Shown piece by piece: positions 27,754 to 31,632 of a stretch of 31,632 nt of DNA. Position 1 is the first letter of the stretch. Each line of letters opens with the position of its first letter. The DNA comes from an uncultured Thermus sp. Its GTDB lineage: Bacteria > Deinococcota > Deinococci > Deinococcales > Thermaceae. The stretch covers positions 1 to 31,632 of the forward strand of contig CAMTVD010000027.1 in the NCBI GenBank assembly GCA_947085095.1. Reading direction: 5' to 3'. The notes beneath the pieces were generated by a model that ran no database searches, had not been told where the DNA came from, and saw only the letters and a list, made by a program, of their open reading frames with translations. The translations under genes were made by a program, and so were the position numbers.

Positions 27754-27801
27754 ACCCCCCCAAAAGGGGGGGTTGACAGCCGGAGCAAGGCCCCAGAGAA
27801 T
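27754..27801 (+). promoter_or_regulatory. pilA4 promoter with an abutting palindrome
   Basis: TTGACA (27773-27778), 17 bp, GAGAAT (27796-27801). Palindrome ACCCCCCC-AAAA-GGGGGGGT at 27754-27773. Confidence 0.7.
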
Positions 27802-27930
27802 ACGGGGTGAAAGGAGGTGAGAGGAGCGTTAACGAAGGAAGCAATCGGTTAGGCAGGCAACTCGGCAACAGGCACTCATGGCCGCGCAATACCATAAGAG
27901 CGCGGGAAACCTTAAGGAGGTAAGAAACCT

Positions 27931-28290
27931 ATGCGTAACGCAAAAGGCTTTACCCTGATTGAGCTTTTGATCGTCATCGCCATCATTGCCATCCTGGCCG
28001 CGGTCCTGATCCCCAACCTGCTCAATGCTCGTAAGCGGGCAAACGATACCGCTGCTGTAGCCTATACACGCAATGTCGCCACGGAGATTGAAGCAACTCG
28101 TAACCCCACCACGGGTGAAGTTACTGCCACAGCCTGCCCCACCACCATTAATAAACCTGCCATTGTTACAAACTGCACTGTAACGAGGATCAACAATAAC
28201 ACCGATTTCCAACTGGAAGTAACGTACTCTAACGGTTCCGGCACTAAGGTTACCTACGATAGCTCCACGGGTCAAATTCAAGTGCAATAG
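27931..28290 (+). CDS. pilA4: Major type IV pilin (PilA4-like)
   Basis: MRNAKG|FTLIELLIVIAIIAILAAVLIPNLL.ARKRANDT matches the Thermus major pilin N-terminus as I recall it. Strong SD TAAGGAGGT, own promoter and terminator. Confidence 0.88.
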   Translation: MRNAKGFTLIELLIVIAIIAILAAVLIPNLLNARKRANDTAAVAYTRNVATEIEATRNPTTGEVTATACPTTINKPAIVTNCTVTRINNNTDFQLEVTYSNGSGTKVTYDSSTGQIQVQ

Positions 28291-28363
28291 CGTACAAAAC
28301 AGCGGTAGCGGCAACAGCAACTCACCACAACAACGACCACGGCCTAGGGCTATCATCCTAAGG

Positions 28364-28403
28364 GCCAGGAGCTAAACCCAGCCGGTTTAGCTCCTGGCGT
28401 TTT
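28364..28403 (+). terminator. Rho-independent terminator after pilA4
   Basis: Perfect 15-bp stem GCCAGGAGCTAAACC / GGTTTAGCTCCTGGC, 5-nt loop, then GTTTT. Confidence 0.85.
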
Positions 28404-28494
28404 ACCCATCGGACTACCCGATGGAACCCCCTACTCCAAGTTTCAAGGTCCACAGGGTATCAGGTCGGCCTGTGTCTGTGCTACCTTGAGGGCA

Positions 28495-28755
28495 ATGACC
28501 ACGGAGGAGCGCCTTTACAAGCTGGAGGGGATTGTGGAGGGGGTCATGGCCACCCTCCCGGGCCAGGTTGCCTCCCTGGAGGGGCGCATGGAACTCTTCC
28601 GCCAGGAGGTGAAGGCGGAGATAGGGGGCCTGCGCCAGGAGATGGTGGGCCTGCGCCAGGAAGTGAAGGCGGAGATCAACCCTGCCTTCAACAAGCTCAT
28701 GCTTTACTTCACCGCCCTGGCGGCGGCCCTGGCCATCCCCACCTTCCTCCGCTAG
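28495..28755 (+). CDS. Small coiled-coil protein with a C-terminal TM anchor (DUF1640/CCDC90-like)
   Basis: RQEVKAEI / GLRQE repeats followed by hydrophobic LMLYFTALAAALAI. TACCTT -10 lies 7 nt before ATG 28495. Family label tentative. Confidence 0.7.
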   Translation: MTTEERLYKLEGIVEGVMATLPGQVASLEGRMELFRQEVKAEIGGLRQEMVGLRQEVKAEINPAFNKLMLYFTALAAALAIPTFLR

Positions 28756-28768
28756 CACCACCCCATGC

Positions 28769-28795
28769 GCGCTGCCGGTGGGTGTGCGGCAGCGC
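28769..28795. terminator. Hairpin between convergent genes
   Basis: GCGCTGCCG-N9-CGGCAGCGC, a 9-bp stem with no U-tract. Confidence 0.4.
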
Positions 28796-29353
28796 CTAGA
28801 CCTCCACCCCCTCGTAAATGGCTTCCAGGCTTAGCCCCGTTCCGAGGCATGGCACCTCCGCCACCCCCTCTCCCTCCCACAGGCGGTAAAGCCAACCCTC
28901 CTCCTGGCGGAAATAGCCCTCCACCCGCCTTTCCCGGGAGTCCACCAGGAGGTAGCCTTGGAGGCTTGGCATTTCCCGGTAGCGCCAAAGCTTCTCCCTT
29001 CGGTCTATGGCCTCGGTGCTTTCGGAAACCACCTCCACCACTAGGCAGGGAGCTTCCTCGTAATGGGTGTGGGGTGGAACCCCCCCACAGACCACCATCA
29101 GGTCCGGGTAGTAGAAGGTCCTTTGCGAAACGCGAAGCTTAACCGTTTCGGTGTAAATCCGGCACCCCTGGGCCAGGGCTTGGGGCCTGAGGGCGGCGTA
29201 GAGGTTTCCCACAATGCGGTTATGGGTCAGGCTCCCCCCCGCCATGGCGTAGGGCACGCCCTCCAGGAGCTCGTGGCGCACGGGGGAGCCTTCTTCCATG
29301 GCCAGGTAGGCCTCGGCGTCCAGAAGCTCTAGGGGCCTTGCCGCCTCGCCCAT
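28796..29353 (-). CDS. Uma2-family (PD-(D/E)XK) putative endonuclease
   Basis: RHELLEG...AMAGGS..HNRI, YYPDLMVVC, P.LVVEVVSEST...DRREK...Y...PSL..YLLVD. Confidence 0.9.
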   Translation of the reverse strand: MGEAARPLELLDAEAYLAMEEGSPVRHELLEGVPYAMAGGSLTHNRIVGNLYAALRPQALAQGCRIYTETVKLRVSQRTFYYPDLMVVCGGVPPHTHYEEAPCLVVEVVSESTEAIDRREKLWRYREMPSLQGYLLVDSRERRVEGYFRQEEGWLYRLWEGEGVAEVPCLGTGLSLEAIYEGVEV

Positions 29354-29368
29354 GGGGCCATTGTACCC

Positions 29369-30025
29369 CTAGGCGGTGCGCTCCAGGTCCCCTTCCAAGG
29401 GCGCCTCTGCCTCTACGTAGAGGGGGGCGAAGGGGGCTTCCTGGTAGAGGCGCACCCGGCCCAGGCGGGCGGCCTCGAGGAGGGCCGCGAAGGCCACCGC
29501 CTTTTCCCCCCAGGAGGCGAAGGGAAGGCCCTGGAAGGCTACCTTCCCCCGCAGGAGCCCCTTGAGCCGCTCCCAGGCCTCGAGGAGGCCAAAGCGCTCC
29601 CGGCTCACGGCCAAGACCGCCTTCCTAAAGGGCCTCGCCGCCTCCACCAAGGCCCTAGGGGGAAGGCGTAAGGCCGGCTTGGGCAAGGGAGGCGGGGAAA
29701 CGGGTACAAGCCGGGAGCGTTTCTTAAGGCGCTCCTCCAAAAAGGCCACCGTTTCCGAAAGATCCAGAAGTACCTGCACCAGGGGGGCTTCCTCCCCTTC
29801 CTCCCTTGGGGTCAGGGCCTTTTCCGGGGAGAGCTTGAGAAGCAAGAGCTCTGCCAGGATGGGGAGAAGCTCGCTTCTTTGCCTCAGGTCCTCAGGCACC
29901 TGGGCCAGGGCCTGGTCCACCACCAGGAGGAGGGGTACGGCCCTTGGGGATAGGCGCCCCCGCCGCAAGGCCTCCTTGAGCTCCAGGGGCGTGCCGGAAA
30001 AGCCGGGAAGCTCGAGGCGGATCAC
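29369..30025 (-). CDS. scpA: Segregation/condensation protein A-like (kleisin)
   Basis: L..FSG.P.EL, VDQ.L, AELLLLK, F.ALLE.AR.G.V.L.Q..PFAPL. Coupled to trpS by a GTGA overlap. Confidence 0.75.
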   Translation of the reverse strand: MIRLELPGFSGTPLELKEALRRGRLSPRAVPLLLVVDQALAQVPEDLRQRSELLPILAELLLLKLSPEKALTPREEGEEAPLVQVLLDLSETVAFLEERLKKRSRLVPVSPPPLPKPALRLPPRALVEAARPFRKAVLAVSRERFGLLEAWERLKGLLRGKVAFQGLPFASWGEKAVAFAALLEAARLGRVRLYQEAPFAPLYVEAEAPLEGDLERTA

Positions 30026-31035
30026 GAACGCACCGGGCGCTTACTGGGCAGAAGAAGCCCCACCTTCTCCCGCACCTCCTCCATGGTGGCCTGGGCCACC
30101 GCCCGGGCCCGCCTGGCCCCTTCCAAAAGGGCATCCATCACGTAGTCGGGGTCCTTTTTCAGCTCCTCGGCCCGCTCCCGGATGGGGCGGAGGACCTTCA
30201 TCATCTCCTCAAAAAGCACCCTTTTCACCACCAAAGTCCCAACCCCCGCCCTCCGGTACTCCTCCTTGAGGGCCTCCACCAGCTCCGGGGGGGCGAAGTA
30301 GGCCAGGTAGGTGAAGACCAGGCTCCGCTCCGGGGCCCCGGGGTCGGAGAGGCGGATCCTTTGGGGATCATCGGGGAGGTGCTGGATTTTCCTCCAGATG
30401 CTCTCCTCCGGCTCCAGGAGGCCGATGGTGTTCCCTAAGGACTTGCTCATCTTGGCCTTGCCGTCTATGCCCGGAACCCTCGGGGCCTCGGGATTCAGAA
30501 GGGCCTCGGGCTCGGGGAAGGTCTCCCCGAAAAGGGCGTTGAAGCGGCGGGCGATCTCCCGGGTGAGCTCAATGTGCTGCACCTGGTCCTCCCCCACAGG
30601 GACGGTATCCGCCTTGTAGATGAGGATGTCCGCCGCCTGCAACACCGGGTACATGAGAAGGCCGCTCCAAACCGCTTCCTGCTTGGCGGCCTTGTCCTTG
30701 AACTGGGTCATGCGGGTGAGGTCCCCCAAGGGGGTGATGGTGGTGAAGACCCAGGAAAGCTCCGTGTGCTCGGGCACATGGGACTGCACGAAGAGGGTCA
30801 CCTTCTCGGGGTCAAGCCCTGCGGCCATGTTCACCAAAGCCGCCTCAAAGGTGCGCTGGGCTAAGGTGGCGGGATCGTAGGCCAGGGGGTTGGTGAGGGC
30901 GTGGTAGTCCACAATGCAAAAAAAAGCTTCCCGCCCCAGCTTTTCCCCCAGCTCCACCCACTGCTTGATGGCCCCCAGGTAGTTGCCGATGTGGATCTCC
31001 CCCGAGGGCTGGATGCCGGAAAGAACCCGCGTCAT
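30022..31035 (-). CDS. trpS: Tryptophan-tRNA ligase
   Basis: SGIQPSG.IHIGNYLG, YPVLQAADIL, VPVGEDQ.QHIELTR, KMSKS. Confidence 0.97.
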   Translation of the reverse strand: MTRVLSGIQPSGEIHIGNYLGAIKQWVELGEKLGREAFFCIVDYHALTNPLAYDPATLAQRTFEAALVNMAAGLDPEKVTLFVQSHVPEHTELSWVFTTITPLGDLTRMTQFKDKAAKQEAVWSGLLMYPVLQAADILIYKADTVPVGEDQVQHIELTREIARRFNALFGETFPEPEALLNPEAPRVPGIDGKAKMSKSLGNTIGLLEPEESIWRKIQHLPDDPQRIRLSDPGAPERSLVFTYLAYFAPPELVEALKEEYRRAGVGTLVVKRVLFEEMMKVLRPIRERAEELKKDPDYVMDALLEGARRARAVAQATMEEVREKVGLLLPSKRPVRS

Positions 31036-31050
31036 GCCCTTAAGAATAGC

Positions 31051-31071
31051 AAAAACCCCGCATAAGCGGGG
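31051..31071 (-). terminator. Rho-independent terminator after tRNA-Leu
   Basis: Minus strand CCCCGC-TTAT-GCGGGG-TTTTT. Confidence 0.8.
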
Positions 31072-31076
31072 CCTTC

Positions 31077-31163
31077 TGGTGCCGGGGGCGGGACTTGAAC
31101 CCGCACGTCCCTAAGGACACACGACCCTGAATCGTGCGCGTCTACCAATTCCGCCACCCCGGC
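31077..31163 (-). tRNA. tRNA-Leu (anticodon CAG)
   Basis: Reverse complement GCCGGGG-TGGCGGAATTGGTAGACGC...CACGA-TTCAGGG-TCGTG, long variable arm, GGTTCAAGTCC, ends ACCA; 87 nt. Confidence 0.97.
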
Positions 31164-31176
31164 AGACGCAAGGGTC

Positions 31177-31205
31177 ATTGTACGGAAGGGCCCTTTTCCC
31201 GTCAA
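31177..31205 (-). promoter_or_regulatory. tRNA promoter
   Basis: TTGACG (31200-31205), 17 bp, TACAAT (31177-31182). Confidence 0.8.
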
Positions 31206-31208
31206 GCC

Positions 31209-31632
31209 CTAGCGCCAAAGGGTGAGGAGGGCCAGGATTACCGCCAGGGCGCTGAAGTAGAGCATGAGGCGGTTTAGGGCGGTATTGATATCCCCTTTGA
31301 GCTCCTGGCGCAAGGAAGCCATATCGGCCCTGAGCTCCTGGCGCAAGGAAGCCATGTCGGCCTTGAGCTCCTGGCGCAAAGAGGCCGAGTCGGCCTTAAA
31401 CTCCTGACGCAAGGAGACCATTTGCTCCTGCAACCTGCCTTCCAGGGAAGCCATGTCGGCCTTAAGCTCCTGGTGCAAAGAAGCCGAATCGGCCTTAAAC
31501 TCCTGGCGCAAAGAGGCCATCCCTTCCTGCAACCTGCTCTCCAGGGAGGCCATGCCGGCCTTAAGCTCCTGACGCAAAGAGGCCGAGTCGGCCTTAAACT
31601 CCTGACGCAGGGAGGCCACTTGCTCCTGCAAC
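31209..31632 (-). CDS. Coiled-coil repeat protein with a C-terminal TM anchor (5' end outside the window), paralogue of 28495-28755
   Basis: About ten 11-aa units (ADMASLRQELK-like) followed by INTALNRLMLYFSALAVILALLTLWR. Confidence 0.8.
   Translation of the reverse strand, partial: LQEQVASLRQEFKADSASLRQELKAGMASLESRLQEGMASLRQEFKADSASLHQELKADMASLEGRLQEQMVSLRQEFKADSASLRQELKADMASLRQELRADMASLRQELKGDINTALNRLMLYFSALAVILALLTLWR
31290..31632 (-). repeat. Degenerate 33-bp tandem repeat with a 99-bp higher-order period
   Basis: Recurrent ...tcggcctt(a/g)a(a/g)ctcctg(g/a)cgcaa... units. The pattern RQEFK/RQELK/LE.RLQ repeats every 33 aa. Confidence 0.85.

Noticed and set aside
28288..28308. Stop-codon read-through of pilA4 TAG
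   Set aside because: A second in-frame TAG follows after five codons, and no recoding signal is visible.
28796..29353. Uma2 nuclease as part of a defence system
   Set aside because: Uma2 genes are commonly dispersed as solitary paralogues in Thermus-like genomes. No methylase, ATPase or other defence partner is adjacent.
31077..31163. tRNA-Leu as the attachment site of an island within the window
   Set aside because: Its 3' side is followed directly by a terminator and trpS. I saw no duplicated 3' end and no integrase.
31290..31632. Possible CRISPR array
   Set aside because: The repeats are contiguous, degenerate, in-frame and lack unique spacers. No cas genes are in the window.

Overview
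GC-rich chromosomal window from a Thermus-like bacterium (Deinococcota), judged by protein families, codon style and pervasive leaderless TANNNT promoters. From left to right it holds: the left end of an IS630-like element, a divergent YibE/F-Fur pair, a DUF4258 gene, an apparently internally deleted Walker-A/wHTH-BTAD regulator, comF-mtnA, a RelE-type toxin-antitoxin pair, a PQQ aldose sugar dehydrogenase, tdh, a 2666-aa TamB, acyP, long-form hflX, a YdcF-like gene, divIVA-yggS-PNP, bamA/omp85, DUF503, a DUF2442-DUF433 pair and a thiolase. Next comes a lower-GC type IV pilus/competence locus (two FimT/FimU-like pilins, PilV-like, PilW-like, ComZ, major pilin PilA4). The window ends with two paralogous tail-anchored coiled-coil repeat proteins flanking Uma2-scpA-trpS-tRNA-Leu(CAG). 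Most genes are ordinary housekeeping or envelope genes, and I cannot demonstrate a new system. The best leads are the pilin locus (an extra GRxR FimT-like pilin, a shared C-A-G palindrome, a long pilA4 leader with a start-less Shine-Dalgarno), the truncated BTAD regulator, a JAB-like motif in HflX, the Fur-YibE/F pair and the 11-residue-repeat paralogues. All family calls come from motif recognition, not database searches.
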